DNA of 16,425 nt, taken from NCBI GenBank assembly GCA_040225955.1, contig JBECUL010000048.1, positions 1 to 16,425 of the forward strand, read 5' to 3'. Numbering within the stretch: position 1 is the first letter of the stretch; each line of letters starts with the position of its first letter. The DNA comes from Candidatus Asgardarchaeum abyssi. GTDB lineage: Archaea; Asgardarchaeota; Asgardarchaeia; Asgardarchaeales; Asgardarchaeaceae. A model generated the notes under the pieces. It was not told the origin of the DNA, did not search any database, and worked only from the letters and a program-made list of their open reading frames with translations. The translations under genes were made by a program, and so were the position numbers. Below, piece by piece: positions 7,255 to 16,425 of this stretch.

Positions 7255-8103
7255 ATGAAAGAGAAAATTACAAGTGCAGAGGTTGTTAAAACAGCATCAG
7301 GAAGACAATATCATATAAATGTAGCACCTGGGGAATTAGCAGAATATATTATACTTGTAGGAGACCCTGCTAGGGCTCACAAAGTTGCAAAGTTTTTCGA
7401 CAAAATTGAATTCAACACTCAAAATCGAGAGTTTATAACTTATACTGGGTATGTGGATAATATAAGGATGTCAGTCATGTCAACGGGTATTGGACAGGAT
7501 AATATTGAGATCGTTTTTATTGAAACAATACAAGTCGTTGAGAATCCCACGTTTATTAGAGTTGGTAGTTGTGGAAGTTTGCAAGAACAAATAAATTGTG
7601 GTGATTTAGTTATTTCTACGGGTTCTGTCAGACTTGAGAATACATCACTTTTCTTCGTTCCAGAGGGTTACCCAGCGGTAGCAAATTATGAAGTTATAAT
7701 TTCATTAATAGAGGCTGCAGAGAAATTAGGATATAGATATCATGTAGGTCTTACTGCAAGTGCCTCTGGTTTTTATGGTGCTCAAGGTAGAAATATACCA
7801 GGCTTTCGCCTTAGATATCCAAACCTCGTAGAAGAACTTAAAGAGCTTAATGTTGTAAACTTTGAGATGGAAAGCAGCGCTCTCTTTACATTATCAAATA
7901 TTAAGAGTATAAGAGCTGGCATGGTTTGCGCTGTATATGCAAATAGGCCTAAAAATGAGTTTATAGGCCCTGAAGAAAAAGTGATTGCTGAAGAAAAAGC
8001 AATAAAAACGGGGATTGAAGCTTTTAAGATACTTGCTAAGATTGATAAGGCAAAGAAAAAGAATAATAAAAAATACTGGTATTTAGGACTAAAGTTAGAA
8101 TAA
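7255..8103 (+). CDS. udp: Uridine phosphorylase (PNP/UDP family 1 nucleoside phosphorylase)
   Basis: QYHI, VGDPARA, STGIG, IRVGSCGSLQ, FYGAQGR (uridine-type Q-x-R) and NFEMESS motifs; SD AAGGAGG. Confidence 0.88.
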   Translation: MKEKITSAEVVKTASGRQYHINVAPGELAEYIILVGDPARAHKVAKFFDKIEFNTQNREFITYTGYVDNIRMSVMSTGIGQDNIEIVFIETIQVVENPTFIRVGSCGSLQEQINCGDLVISTGSVRLENTSLFFVPEGYPAVANYEVIISLIEAAEKLGYRYHVGLTASASGFYGAQGRNIPGFRLRYPNLVEELKELNVVNFEMESSALFTLSNIKSIRAGMVCAVYANRPKNEFIGPEEKVIAEEKAIKTGIEAFKILAKIDKAKKKNNKKYWYLGLKLE

Positions 8104-8122
8104 TTACGAGAGAATTGATAAA

Positions 8123-9121
8123 ATGATAACCACTAGAATAAACTTTTCTTTATTACAGTTTTTATTAGGAAAAAAGGAACTGGATGATGTTATTTATGAA
8201 ATAGAAAAACATGCTGAATATAGCGAATACTATAAAGCTGTGTATAACATTCTTCTATTACTAAAAGAGGGTAACGTAAAACAGCTGTTTGATTCGGCAG
8301 TCTCCCTTTTTTATTCCACAAAATTTGATGACGTAACTGATATAACTAGTGATGACAATATTCCATTTCTCTTATCGCTTGAAATCATTTTATCATACAT
8401 AAATGCTCTTGATCACCTTACCCCTATGAAAAAAGAAAAATTACTAAGTGATATATTACATGGAATAGACAGAGGATATAATATTTGGATAGGACTTAGG
8501 GAGAGAAAACGTGCAAATAATTTACAGAAGATGAAAGGATATATCTATGGGATACTTGGCATAGAACTTATGAAAAAAGAAAAATATGACTTAGCGGCTG
8601 ACTGTTTTACAAGGGCATTACAAATACATAAGGCATTCAAACAAAGGGACCTAGAAAGGATCGACTTTTTTAATCTCGGAATATGTATGTTAGAGACAAG
8701 AAGATATGAGGAGGGTATTCATTTTCTTAAAAAAGCAGCTTTGGATGAGAATGATTTAATAGCTAAAAAATATTTGGGAATTGGCTATCTCTTAAAGAAA
8801 GACTATATACAAGCGAACGAAATCTTTTCGGAGTTATACTATAAAGCTGATTTAAAGACACCAGAAATAGTTTATTATCTGACCTTAGTAAATTTTGCTG
8901 GCTTTTTAGAAAAGAAAATTCCTGAGGGAGATAAGGAGGGACAAAAATTTTATAAGCTTTTACTTTCAATGGGGCCTCTTTGGACCGTCAGCGCTCACCT
9001 AATTCGGGGTATGTATTATGCAATACAAGAAGACTACAGTTCAGCTGCAAATGAATTTATAGACGCACTAAGTATAATGACAGACTATCTGAAAATCAAG
9101 AGAAAAAATAACTTAATTTAA
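8123..9121 (+). CDS. Tetratricopeptide repeat protein
   Basis: TPR-like units: LGIELMKKEKYDLAADCFTRAL, NLGICMLETRRYEEGIHFLKKA, LGIGYLLKKDYIQANEIF, RGMYYAIQEDYSSAANEFIDAL. Confidence 0.82.
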   Translation: MITTRINFSLLQFLLGKKELDDVIYEIEKHAEYSEYYKAVYNILLLLKEGNVKQLFDSAVSLFYSTKFDDVTDITSDDNIPFLLSLEIILSYINALDHLTPMKKEKLLSDILHGIDRGYNIWIGLRERKRANNLQKMKGYIYGILGIELMKKEKYDLAADCFTRALQIHKAFKQRDLERIDFFNLGICMLETRRYEEGIHFLKKAALDENDLIAKKYLGIGYLLKKDYIQANEIFSELYYKADLKTPEIVYYLTLVNFAGFLEKKIPEGDKEGQKFYKLLLSMGPLWTVSAHLIRGMYYAIQEDYSSAANEFIDALSIMTDYLKIKRKNNLI

Positions 9122-9133
9122 CTATTATACATA

Positions 9134-9152
9134 ATAAAAAGAGAAAAAAGAA
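9134..9152 (-). terminator. Putative oligo-T terminator of hppA
   Basis: The minus strand reads TTCTTTTTTCTCTTTTTAT just after the hppA stop, between convergent genes. Confidence 0.55.
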
Positions 9153-9156
9153 CGCT

Positions 9157-11247
9157 TTACATAAATAGCATTATTATTGGGTTTAGGAACAATACTGCTA
9201 ACGTCAAAGCTATTATGTTTATTAACTTGACTAAGATATGCAATGATGGACCGCTAGTGTCCTTTAGTGGGTCGCCTACTGTATCGCCAACAACTGCAGC
9301 TTTATGCGTATCGCTTCCTTTTCCGCCAAAGACTCCCGTTTCTATATATTTCTTAGCATTATCCCAAGCTCCACCTGCATTAAACATGAAAATAGCTAAG
9401 ATTACTCCAGATACAGTTGCTGATAAAAGAAAAGCGCCTAATGTTTCTACGCCAAATAATATACCAACAATTATTGGGCTAATTATGCCTATAGCGCCTG
9501 GAATTAGCATGCCTTTTATTCCTGATTTGGTAGCTATATCAACTGCTTTGTCATATTCTGGTTTTGCAGTACCTTCTCTTAGCCCAGGTATTTCTCTAAA
9601 CTGTCTCCTTACTTCTTCTACTATTTTATGTGCAGCAACTCCTACAGCCTCTATAGCATATGCTGAGAATATATATGGAACTATACCTCCCAAGAAAAGA
9701 CCAAGTATTATTAAAGGCGATGCAAGATTTATGCTGAATCCAGGAACTCTAGAGGAAACGAGTTCAAGATAAGATGCAAAAAGCACGAATGCTGAAAGTG
9801 TTGCACATCCCATAGCATACCCTTTGGTTATCGCTTTTGTTGTATTGCCTATTGAATCCAGCATGTCTGTTATTCTGCGTACATCCTCTCCAAGACCAGC
9901 CATTTCTGCAATGCCGCCGGCATTATCTGTAATAGGCCCAAATGTATCAGAAGACATTATAATGCCGGTCATCGAGAGCATTCCTAGTGTTGCCATAGCA
10001 ATACCATAAAATCCTAGTTTGTGATCCACTAGCCCTCCAGATATAACATAGGATATAAGTATTGCTGCGGATAATATTATTAATGGCAAGCCAGTACTTT
10101 TCATACCAACGGCTAATCCAGTTATAATATTGGTAGCTGGACCTGTTTTTGCAGCTTCAGCTATCTGTTTAACTGGTTTGTATTTATAACTGGTGTAGTA
10201 TTGAATTAATAAACCAACAAGCACAGCTGCTGAGATTCCTATAACTATATCTATGAAGAAAACTATGTCGGCCCTAAGAAAAACAATAACTGATATGAAG
10301 AATAGTACTGCAGCAACTACACCCATTAGAATATAACCTACATTTATTGACATCATTGGGTCATCCTTTTTCACATATCCAACAGCAAGGATGCCTATAA
10401 TTGATGCAGTTATACCAATAGCACCTGCGATTAATGGGAATATAACTCCAGCAAATCCAAATGTTGCAGCTAAAGCTAATCCAAGAATCATCGTACCTAT
10501 ATTATTGTCAGTAAAAGATTCAAAGAGATCTGCGCCTCTTCCAGCACAATCACCAACATTATCACCGACAAGATCTGCAATTACTGCGGGATTCCTTGGA
10601 TCATCTTCTGGTATTCCTTCTTCTACTTTGCCGCTAATGTCTGCGCCAACATCAGCGCCCTTTGTATAAATACCTCCACCAAGCTGAGCAAACAGACCTA
10701 CAAGGCTGGCACCAAATCCAAAACTTATAATTAATTCAGGATCAGGAGTGCCAGAAAGCATCGAGTATGCATAGTATAGAATTGTTAAACATAGGATGCT
10801 AACGCTTGTAATGCCAAGTCCAGTAACAGCACCACCACGAAAAGCAATCTTTGTGGCTTCAGGAAGATCATGATTCCTAGCAGCTTCAGTGGTCCTCACA
10901 TGTGCGATTGTTGATATGCTCATGCCAACATATCCAGCTAAGGCAGATGCTGCAGAACCTAAGATGAACGCTAAAGCATAGTATGGCATGCCCCCATGAT
11001 ATATGAAATCATAAATATAAAGCCCCACTGCAATTATGACAGCTACAATTGCTATTGTAGAATTTTGCCTTCGTAGATAAGCTTTTGCGCCTATTCTTAT
11101 AGCCTCTGCTATCTCTCTCATTTTTTCAGTACCACTAGGTTTTTTCTTTATGTATGATATCAGATAGATAATAACACCTATCGCTACGAGACTAGTAAGC
11201 AATGGAATCCATAGGAACCACCAGTTTGGCTCTATTGATACTTCCAT
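9157..11247 (-). CDS. hppA: Membrane-bound ion-translocating pyrophosphatase, K+-independent H+-PPase type
   Basis: GGGIYTKGADVGAD..GKVE, EDDPRNPAVIADLVGDNVGD, GPITDNAGGIAEM, GNTTKA, GGAWDNAKK and GDTVGDPLKDTSGPS motifs. ATG 11247 is preferred because the track's GTG lies within the SD GAGGTG. Confidence 0.96.
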   Translation of the reverse strand: MEVSIEPNWWFLWIPLLTSLVAIGVIIYLISYIKKKPSGTEKMREIAEAIRIGAKAYLRRQNSTIAIVAVIIAVGLYIYDFIYHGGMPYYALAFILGSAASALAGYVGMSISTIAHVRTTEAARNHDLPEATKIAFRGGAVTGLGITSVSILCLTILYYAYSMLSGTPDPELIISFGFGASLVGLFAQLGGGIYTKGADVGADISGKVEEGIPEDDPRNPAVIADLVGDNVGDCAGRGADLFESFTDNNIGTMILGLALAATFGFAGVIFPLIAGAIGITASIIGILAVGYVKKDDPMMSINVGYILMGVVAAVLFFISVIVFLRADIVFFIDIVIGISAAVLVGLLIQYYTSYKYKPVKQIAEAAKTGPATNIITGLAVGMKSTGLPLIILSAAILISYVISGGLVDHKLGFYGIAMATLGMLSMTGIIMSSDTFGPITDNAGGIAEMAGLGEDVRRITDMLDSIGNTTKAITKGYAMGCATLSAFVLFASYLELVSSRVPGFSINLASPLIILGLFLGGIVPYIFSAYAIEAVGVAAHKIVEEVRRQFREIPGLREGTAKPEYDKAVDIATKSGIKGMLIPGAIGIISPIIVGILFGVETLGAFLLSATVSGVILAIFMFNAGGAWDNAKKYIETGVFGGKGSDTHKAAVVGDTVGDPLKDTSGPSLHILVKLINIIALTLAVLFLNPIIMLFM

Positions 11248-11321
11248 ATTACGCACCTCTCAATATGCTATGAAGTAATGAATCAAGGAATAACAGTAAC
11301 TTTTTTGCTAAATAAGAATAT

Positions 11322-11340
11322 AATTATTTAAAGGTTTATG
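11322..11340 (-). promoter_or_regulatory. BRE/TATA promoter for hppA
   Basis: Minus strand ATAAACC-TTTAAATA (TATA at 11332-11325), implying a 5' UTR of about 50 nt. Confidence 0.65.
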
Positions 11341-11351
11341 TGCACAAATGC

Positions 11352-12530
11352 TTAACATGGAATCTTTTCAAGATCCTCTTCTAATCTATCGATCCCCTCA
11401 CTAATGTCGGAAATTGGTGTTTTTCCAAATGAAAATCTTAAATGCCCCTCTCCTACCTCACCAAAAAGGGAACCCGGAACTGTAATTATACCAAGTTGTT
11501 TTAGTAAATTAATTGCTAATTTTTTTGAATTCGTGCAGCCTTCCACCTTAGGAAATGCAAAAATTCCTCCTTTCGGCAAAGATAATTCCATCCAAGGAAG
11601 CTCATTTAACCGTTTATATATGAAATTTCTTCGTTTTTTAAGAATCTCTCTATACTCACTAATTAATGGTTTTCGAATCGCAAGAACCAAGTTAAGTAAA
11701 TATTGCGCTGGAAGAGAAGCGCATATTATGACAACATCTTGTATTCGTTTTATTTCGTCAATGATCTCTCGAGATGAGGCGATATAGCCAATTCTCCAAC
11801 CAGCAATACCAAATGATTTTGAGAAGCTACTTATCATAATAGTACGTTCTTTCATTTCACTTAAAGAGGAGATACTTATATGTTTAGTGTCATATACAAA
11901 ATACTCATAAACTTCATCAGAAATTACAAATAAGTCATTTTTTATAGCTACATCAGCTATTCCTCTTAGTGTTTTTTCATCAAATGTAGATCCTGTCGGG
12001 TTATTTGGATAGTTTATTAGAATCGCTTTTGTCTTTGGAGTTATACTTTTTTCAAGTTTTTCTACGTCCAGCATAAAACCTTTATCAGTTTCATCCATAT
12101 CTACAAAAATTGGATTAACTCCCAGAGTAAGTACTGCATATAAATGGTCAAAGTAGTATGGAGCTACAATAATTAAATCATCACCAGGATCTGCCACTGT
12201 AGCAACCGACAAAAAGGTAGCTATATTTGCACCAGCAGTAATTATTATCTCGTCAGGTGAATATTCAACATTATTGTCTTCTCTTAACTTTATAGAAACA
12301 GCTTCTCTGACTTCTGGAAGCCCCTCTGGCCTAGAATATTCATATAACTGTCGCTCAGATAATAATTTTTTAAATTTCGTAAGAATCTCTGTTGGTAAAT
12401 AAATATCTGTACCGCATTGTCCAAAGTCAATTATCTCAATACCTTTTTTCTCCAATTCCATAGCAATTTTATAGTATTCTGATAATGGAGGAGGGGGTAT
12501 CGTTCTAATTCTCTTTGACATAACCACCAT
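11352..12530 (-). CDS. PLP-dependent aminotransferase class I/II (aspartate aminotransferase-like)
   Basis: NYPNNPTG, ISDEVY, SFSKSFGIAGWRIG (Schiff-base Lys), VPGSLFG and LRFSF motifs; SD AGGTGA. Confidence 0.93.
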   Translation of the reverse strand: MVVMSKRIRTIPPPPLSEYYKIAMELEKKGIEIIDFGQCGTDIYLPTEILTKFKKLLSERQLYEYSRPEGLPEVREAVSIKLREDNNVEYSPDEIIITAGANIATFLSVATVADPGDDLIIVAPYYFDHLYAVLTLGVNPIFVDMDETDKGFMLDVEKLEKSITPKTKAILINYPNNPTGSTFDEKTLRGIADVAIKNDLFVISDEVYEYFVYDTKHISISSLSEMKERTIMISSFSKSFGIAGWRIGYIASSREIIDEIKRIQDVVIICASLPAQYLLNLVLAIRKPLISEYREILKKRRNFIYKRLNELPWMELSLPKGGIFAFPKVEGCTNSKKLAINLLKQLGIITVPGSLFGEVGEGHLRFSFGKTPISDISEGIDRLEEDLEKIPC

Positions 12531-12561
12531 GGCATCACCTTAAAAAGTTAGTTTAAGTGAC

Positions 12562-12580
12562 TATAATTAAAGGTTTTTAT
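12562..12580 (-). promoter_or_regulatory. BRE/TATA promoter for the aminotransferase
   Basis: Minus strand ATAAAAACC-TTTAATTA (TATA at 12571-12564), close in sequence to the hppA promoter. Confidence 0.65.
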
Positions 12581-12617
12581 AGCTACACTTCAAAAAGAGT
12601 TAAAAATTCTCAACAAG

Positions 12618-14393
12618 TTATACTCTTTCTAATCTTCTTCTCATAATTATCTTTATTCTATATGCTTCTAAGATGTTATTTCTTGTTATGATACCTATTA
12701 TTTTACGAGGATTTTCTGGATCAACTACAGGGATTCTACCAATATCGTATTTATCCATTAAATTTAATGCTTCTTGCGCTGTTTGATATGGAAATATTGT
12801 TATGACATTTTTCCTCATAATTTCTTCTATCTTGCTGGATTCTTTATGCTCGCGCATTGCATGCAAGATATCATCATCTGTTACTATTCCTACAAGATTT
12901 CCATTTTCATCAACAATGGGAAATCCATCAACTCTATACCGCTCCATAATCTCAATGGCTTGAAAAACTCTTATTTTTGGATCGAGGGTTATAACACTTG
13001 TATTCATTATGTCACCTATTTGAATTAGAGATAATATATCTTCACGATGCCCTCTTATGAGATATATGCCTTCTCTCTTAAAACTGAATGTATATATATC
13101 TTCGGATACTAATGAGCTGCTAATTAAGTAACTTAATGGTGTAGCTAGCATCAGAGGTATTATAAATAGATAATTGCCGCTAATTTCACTTATCAGGATT
13201 ATATTTGTTAAAGGTGTTCTGGAAGCTCCAGCAAAAAAAGCTCCCATACCAACCAAGGCATAAGCTTGCGGATTTTTAACAATATCTGGGAGAATAGTAC
13301 TAAATAGAGACCCCCAAGCTCCTCCTAACATAGCCCCAATATAAAATGTTGGAGCAAAGATTCCACCTCGCCCACCAGATCCCAAGGTTGCAGTAGTAGC
13401 GATCATCTTTAAAAACGCAAGAATTAGGAATACTGTTAATGTATATTGCCCAAGTAAAGCTTTTTCAATCTCTGTAACTCCAGTTCCCATAATCTGTGGA
13501 TAAAATATTGCAATTATTCCTGTGAGGAAAGCCCCAATTGCTGGTTTATATGTTTTAGGGATATTAAGTTTCTCAAAGAATATTTCTCCACTTTCGAATA
13601 TTTTTATCCATATTGCCGAAAAAAAACCAAACACAAGCCCTTCCAACGTGAAGATAGGCAATTCTTCAAAAGAGTATGTTATCGTATATGGAACAAAAAA
13701 TTCACTAGTTCCTCCGAAGAATAGAGTTGCTACTGCGACAGCGATTGTTGTAGAAAGGAACACTGGAATCGCTGTAGTGATTGTGATTTCTGGCAAAAGA
13801 GCCTCAAGGCCAAAGAGCACTCCTCCAAAAGGAGCACGAAATATAGCACCTATTCCTGCAGATGTTCCACAAAGAATCAATAATGACATTTCCTTATCTG
13901 TAAGTTTTAACTTCTGACCAAAACCAGACGCAGAGACTGCTCCAATTAAAGCAGCTGGCCCTTCGGGACCTGCACTTCCTCCAGAACCTATAGTAATTGT
14001 CGCAGCAAAGATGCTGACTGCTTTGGGTATGACGTCCATACGTCCTCCATAAAGAGCCATACTTTTTATAATTGAGGGGACAGCATGCTCCGCACTTTTA
14101 ATTATTATAACATTTAGTATACCAACTATTAATGCTCCTATTATTATTGATGAAACTACAGCAGCTTTACCTCCTAAAAAACCAAACTTATGTTCCATAA
14201 ATTTAAGGTACAAGTCAGCAAGATATGAACAATATGAGGTTAAAATATAAAATACAATAACACCTAACCCAGCTATTAATCCAACAATTACCGCCAATAG
14301 ATTTATTATAAATACTCGAGAATGGAATATTTCAGATATTCTTTGTTTTATTTTCTCATAGGAAATATTAATTTTACACGTAATACTGCACAT
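12618..14393 (-). CDS. CLC family chloride channel/transporter with C-terminal CBS domain pair
   Basis: GGSAGPEGP, AIFRAPFGGVLFGLE, GGIFAPT, RTPLT and DIY motifs; many TM helices; two CBS domains (IGDIMN...FPIVD...VGIVT; IEEIMR...IPVVD...IGIIT). Confidence 0.93.
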   Translation of the reverse strand: MCSITCKINISYEKIKQRISEIFHSRVFIINLLAVIVGLIAGLGVIVFYILTSYCSYLADLYLKFMEHKFGFLGGKAAVVSSIIIGALIVGILNVIIIKSAEHAVPSIIKSMALYGGRMDVIPKAVSIFAATITIGSGGSAGPEGPAALIGAVSASGFGQKLKLTDKEMSLLILCGTSAGIGAIFRAPFGGVLFGLEALLPEITITTAIPVFLSTTIAVAVATLFFGGTSEFFVPYTITYSFEELPIFTLEGLVFGFFSAIWIKIFESGEIFFEKLNIPKTYKPAIGAFLTGIIAIFYPQIMGTGVTEIEKALLGQYTLTVFLILAFLKMIATTATLGSGGRGGIFAPTFYIGAMLGGAWGSLFSTILPDIVKNPQAYALVGMGAFFAGASRTPLTNIILISEISGNYLFIIPLMLATPLSYLISSSLVSEDIYTFSFKREGIYLIRGHREDILSLIQIGDIMNTSVITLDPKIRVFQAIEIMERYRVDGFPIVDENGNLVGIVTDDDILHAMREHKESSKIEEIMRKNVITIFPYQTAQEALNLMDKYDIGRIPVVDPENPRKIIGIITRNNILEAYRIKIIMRRRLERV

Positions 14394-14474
14394 TCTTATT
14401 AATCCCCGTTGAAATTAAGTCTTAGAAAACTTTCTATAGATAAGTATTAAAAATTAGCGTTCGCATTTAATATT

Positions 14475-14897
14475 TTAAAGCTCCTCAAGAACCAAAGCAG
14501 TCACAATAAGTGCAGGAAGAAGATATTTCTTTTCATGAACTAGATGTAGGAGACGTTCTGGGTCGTATTTATCTTTAAAAACAAGTCTTAAAAAGACAAG
14601 GAAAACATCTACTGTGTAGTCTAAAAAATACTCCAAGGATATCATTTTGGGATTTAAAAGCTTTAGGTATACTATCTGAGCATCAGATAGTTCATCTTTT
14701 AACTTATTAAGTAACTTGGAATGAATATACTTTGTTTTCCCAGTCATTTTAACAAGTACATGAAAGTTTTCTTTAATATAGTAATATAGTTTTATCGTTA
14801 TATCAGGAAAATTAGGTAAAACCTTATGGTATTCAGGATATATGGTATTAAGAACATCGATTATTTTTGATTGAAGTTCTTTCTCACTCATTGGCAT
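14475..14897 (-). CDS. Hypothetical protein (140 aa)
   Basis: Fills the gap on the same strand as its neighbours, starts 2 nt after the upstream stop, and has SD GAGGA inside the upstream gene end. No recognisable motif. Confidence 0.7.
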   Translation of the reverse strand: MPMSEKELQSKIIDVLNTIYPEYHKVLPNFPDITIKLYYYIKENFHVLVKMTGKTKYIHSKLLNKLKDELSDAQIVYLKLLNPKMISLEYFLDYTVDVFLVFLRLVFKDKYDPERLLHLVHEKKYLLPALIVTALVLEEL

Positions 14898-14899
14898 AT

Positions 14900-16099
14900 T
14901 TAGTTCCTCAAGAAATATTTTGCTAAGGAAATATATCCCCCAATTGCCTTATAAATATCTTCTAATGATACATGTTCGTTTGGTTGATGAGCTAGATGTT
15001 CATCGCCTGGACCAAATCCTATTGTAGGAATCCCTCTTTCTCCAGCGGTGTATGACCCATCTGTGCCAAAACGCCAAGTAATTAGTTGAGGTTCTAACCC
15101 TATCTCTGATAAGGCACTAATTGCGAGTTTTACAAATGGAGATTCTTTATCCACTACCCATTTTGGGAAAAAACGCTCTGCCTTTAATGAGTAACCCGTG
15201 TAGCATTTTAGTTCACTTTCTATAATCTTATACTCCACATCACTAGAGTTTAGCTCATCTGATAAAGATTCGATCATTTCTTTAAGCTCTGTCAGTATTT
15301 CATTCTTTGTTGACAATGAAGCTATTCGCCTATCAAGGTATATTTTACATTTGTCGGGAATTATAGGTCCCTCTGGTGGTTCAGAAACTATTTTTGTTAA
15401 TGCAAGTGTACCTTTACCTAAAATCGGATGCTCTGGCATGTTTTTATTTATATCCTTTAATCTTTGCAAGAAGGGAAGGGCTTTGAATATGGCATTATCC
15501 CCAAGCTCGGGCATGCTTGCATGACTAGTTTTCCCATAAACTATAACTTCTATCTCTGCCCGACCTCTGTGTCCTATAGCTAAGTTGAGATTTGTTGCTT
15601 CTCCTAATATAACAATATCTGGAAGAATGTTATGATTTTCGACAATGTTTTTCATTGCTATGCCTTCTTGCAGCTCTTCAAGTACAACAGCAGCTACAAT
15701 TAATTTGCCTCTTATTACTCCTAAGTCTCTTGCTTTAGCAGCTGCATATATCATGCTTGCAACAGCACTTTTCATATCCACAGATGCACGACCATAAAGA
15801 ATGCCATTAGTAATAACAGCCTCATAAGGAGGATATATCCAATTTTTTAGATCACCCTCGGGAACGTGATCAAGATGCCCATTAAAGCAAAGAGATTTGC
15901 CTTTATTTTCTTTAATTATACCAACAACACTACCAAGTTCATCGATGAATATCTCATCGTATTGTAGTTCTTTCATTTTCTCAAAGACAAGTTTCGCTAC
16001 TTTATCCTCTTTTCCAGACAAACTTGGTGTTTTAATCAACGATCTAAGAAATTTCAAAAAATCATGAGAAAGATTGTTGTTTATCATACTTACCACCAT
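14900..16099 (-). CDS. M20/DapE-ArgE family metallo-hydrolase, YgeY-like
   Basis: GHLDHV, GRASVDMK, EELQEG, GEAT..L.IGHRGR, SHASMPELGDNAI, W.FGTDG, GFGPGDE.LAH.PNE. The start may be ATG 16087, which has SD-like GGTGGT upstream. Confidence 0.88.
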   Translation of the reverse strand: MVVSMINNNLSHDFLKFLRSLIKTPSLSGKEDKVAKLVFEKMKELQYDEIFIDELGSVVGIIKENKGKSLCFNGHLDHVPEGDLKNWIYPPYEAVITNGILYGRASVDMKSAVASMIYAAAKARDLGVIRGKLIVAAVVLEELQEGIAMKNIVENHNILPDIVILGEATNLNLAIGHRGRAEIEVIVYGKTSHASMPELGDNAIFKALPFLQRLKDINKNMPEHPILGKGTLALTKIVSEPPEGPIIPDKCKIYLDRRIASLSTKNEILTELKEMIESLSDELNSSDVEYKIIESELKCYTGYSLKAERFFPKWVVDKESPFVKLAISALSEIGLEPQLITWRFGTDGSYTAGERGIPTIGFGPGDEHLAHQPNEHVSLEDIYKAIGGYISLAKYFLRN

Positions 16100-16105
16100 T
16101 ATTAG

Positions 16106-16425
16106 TTACTCATAGGGCCACTTGGTTTCAATTATTTTTCCTGAACGGTCTAGTATCCGTTCTAATGACTTTTGTGCATTTTTCAGGATCTCTTCCTCGT
16201 TCATATGAAGTATTCTTTTATTTTCCATGAGAATCTCGCCATTAATTATAGTTGTTATAACATTTTCACTACTGGCGCTATAAACTATTGCGGCGGGATG
16301 ATATGTTATCGGAATAACGTTAGGATTCTTCAATGTTAAAATTATTAGATCTGCCTTCTTTCCCACTTCGATAGTACCAATATGTTTTTCAAGGCCTACA
16401 ATGACTGCTCCCCATGTGGTGGCCA
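16106..16425 (-). CDS. Amidohydrolase superfamily protein (MtaD/GuaD/SsnA-like), C-terminal part; 5' end beyond the window
   Basis: The frame stays open to the window edge: ATTWGAVIVGLEKHIGTIEVGKKADLII...IVYSA...VITTIINGEILM, the typical C-terminus of this group. Confidence 0.88.
   Translation of the reverse strand, partial: ATTWGAVIVGLEKHIGTIEVGKKADLIILTLKNPNVIPITYHPAAIVYSASSENVITTIINGEILMENKRILHMNEEEILKNAQKSLERILDRSGKIIETKWPYE

Noticed and set aside
8763-13917. Opposite-strand ORFs inside the TPR, hppA, aminotransferase and CLC genes (up to 185 aa)
   Set aside because: Antisense shadows of conserved coding sequence with no recognisable domains.
12618-14393. Fluoride-specific CLC-F assignment
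   Set aside because: Lacks the GNNLI, GREGT and GEVTP signatures.
1-16425. Stop-codon reassignment, CRISPR arrays, tRNA/rRNA genes, transposases, inteins
   Set aside because: All genes read through intact in the standard code, intergenic gaps are at most about 150 nt and AT-rich, and no such repeats or motifs were seen.

Overview
AT-rich, densely coded archaeal chromosome segment (BRE/TATA promoters, GGTGA/GGAGG ribosome-binding sites) with no mobile element, RNA gene or CRISPR array that I can see. The most notable feature is missing from the supplied ORF track because it runs off the left edge: a divergent elongation factor 2 paralog (<1..2014, minus strand, 671 codons read by hand without a stop). 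Its GTPase motifs are intact, but it has lost the domain IV diphthamide loop and the SPNKHN loop, and it lies directly behind an HD-domain nucleotidase rather than ribosomal protein S7. Next come a divergently transcribed 457-aa orphan with a possible degenerate Mrr-like nuclease fold, an AlaX-L tRNA-editing enzyme, and a sequon-rich stalked surface protein with a duplicated ~180-aa domain. The rest is uridine phosphorylase, a TPR protein, a K+-independent membrane pyrophosphatase, a class I/II aminotransferase, a CLC-CBS transporter with an altered filter motif, a small orphan, a YgeY-like M20 hydrolase and the 3' end of an amidohydrolase. A second EF-2 would fit an Asgard, Korarchaeota or Bathyarchaeia-type host, but that is inference. 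All assignments come from motif recognition; no searches were run.
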